This document shows, one piece after another, positions 63,797 through 64,000 of a stretch of DNA of 64,000 bases (its first letter is position 1; every line of letters starts with the position of its first letter). The notes beneath the pieces were generated by a model. The model saw only the letters and a program-made list of their open reading frames with translations, made no database searches and had not been told where the DNA came from. The DNA is taken from the IMG/VR virus record IMGVR_UViG_3300034103_001027, positions 1 to 64,000 of that record; one strand, 5' to 3'. The position numbers and the translations under genes are program-made. The DNA comes from a virus.

Positions 63797-64000
63797 TCAG
63801 AAAAAATCTAAATAGGGACTTGGTTTCTGGCTGTACATGACATGCAGCTGCTCTATGGTTCTTGTTATTGCAACATAAAACACTCGCAGCTCTTCGTCGC
63901 TTCCTCTTCCCTGAGGCCATTCGCCTTCGTTTAGGTGCGGCAGGATTACAATCGGCCACTCTCCACCCTTTGCCCAATGCACAGTCCCGACAGTGATCCC
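63797..64000 (-). CDS. UvrD/PcrA-like SF1 helicase C-terminus (5'-truncated by the window edge)
   Basis: TVHWAKGGEW..V, EG..P, EELRVFYVAITR, PSPYL. Confidence 0.85.
   Translation of the reverse strand, partial: GITVGTVHWAKGGEWPIVILPHLNEGEWPQGRGSDEELRVFYVAITRTIEQLHVMYSQKPSPYLDFF

Noticed and set aside
1-64000. tRNA genes, stop-codon reassignment, reverse transcriptase or diversity-generating retroelement
   Set aside because: No cloverleaf or T-loop signature, and no reverse transcriptase motifs were noticed. Genes are full-length in the standard code. This was a by-eye check only.

Overview
The window is an internal 64-kb piece of a tailed dsDNA phage (Caudoviricetes) genome. It is densely coding, almost entirely on the minus strand, and reads cleanly in the standard genetic code. 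A Planctomycetota host is inferred from a DUF1580-like HTH protein and an RGQPxRN-motif secreted protein. Read along the minus strand, the order is: (1) replication genes (UvrD C-terminus, ParB-like protein, SF2 helicase, 5'-3' exonuclease, RimI-like GNAT, Prim-Pol, PhoH); (2) a strand-switch island with an ECF-like sigma factor, a serine recombinase carrying two tandem catalytic domains, DUF1289 and a DUF1580-like HTH; (3) head genes (scaffold, major capsid, decoration, terminase, portal); (4) receptor-binding and adaptor proteins; (5) a glycosylation module (GT25, methyltransferase-GT34 fusion, GalE) beside a poly-serine protein; (6) a subtilisin and membrane-protein cluster; (7) tail-tube-like paralogs; (8) a 948-aa protein and a 4724-aa polyvalent protein; (9) a ~570-nt highly structured non-coding region followed by a secreted metallothionein-like gene; (10) DNA modification and nucleotide genes, ending in a DnaN-like clamp. 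The most unusual items are a dual-frame C5 methyltransferase with an HNH nuclease inserted so that both frames stay open, the candidate large ncRNA bracketed by palindromic sites, the double-headed serine recombinase, and the glycosyltransferase/poly-Ser module. All family assignments come from motif recognition by eye; no database search was run.
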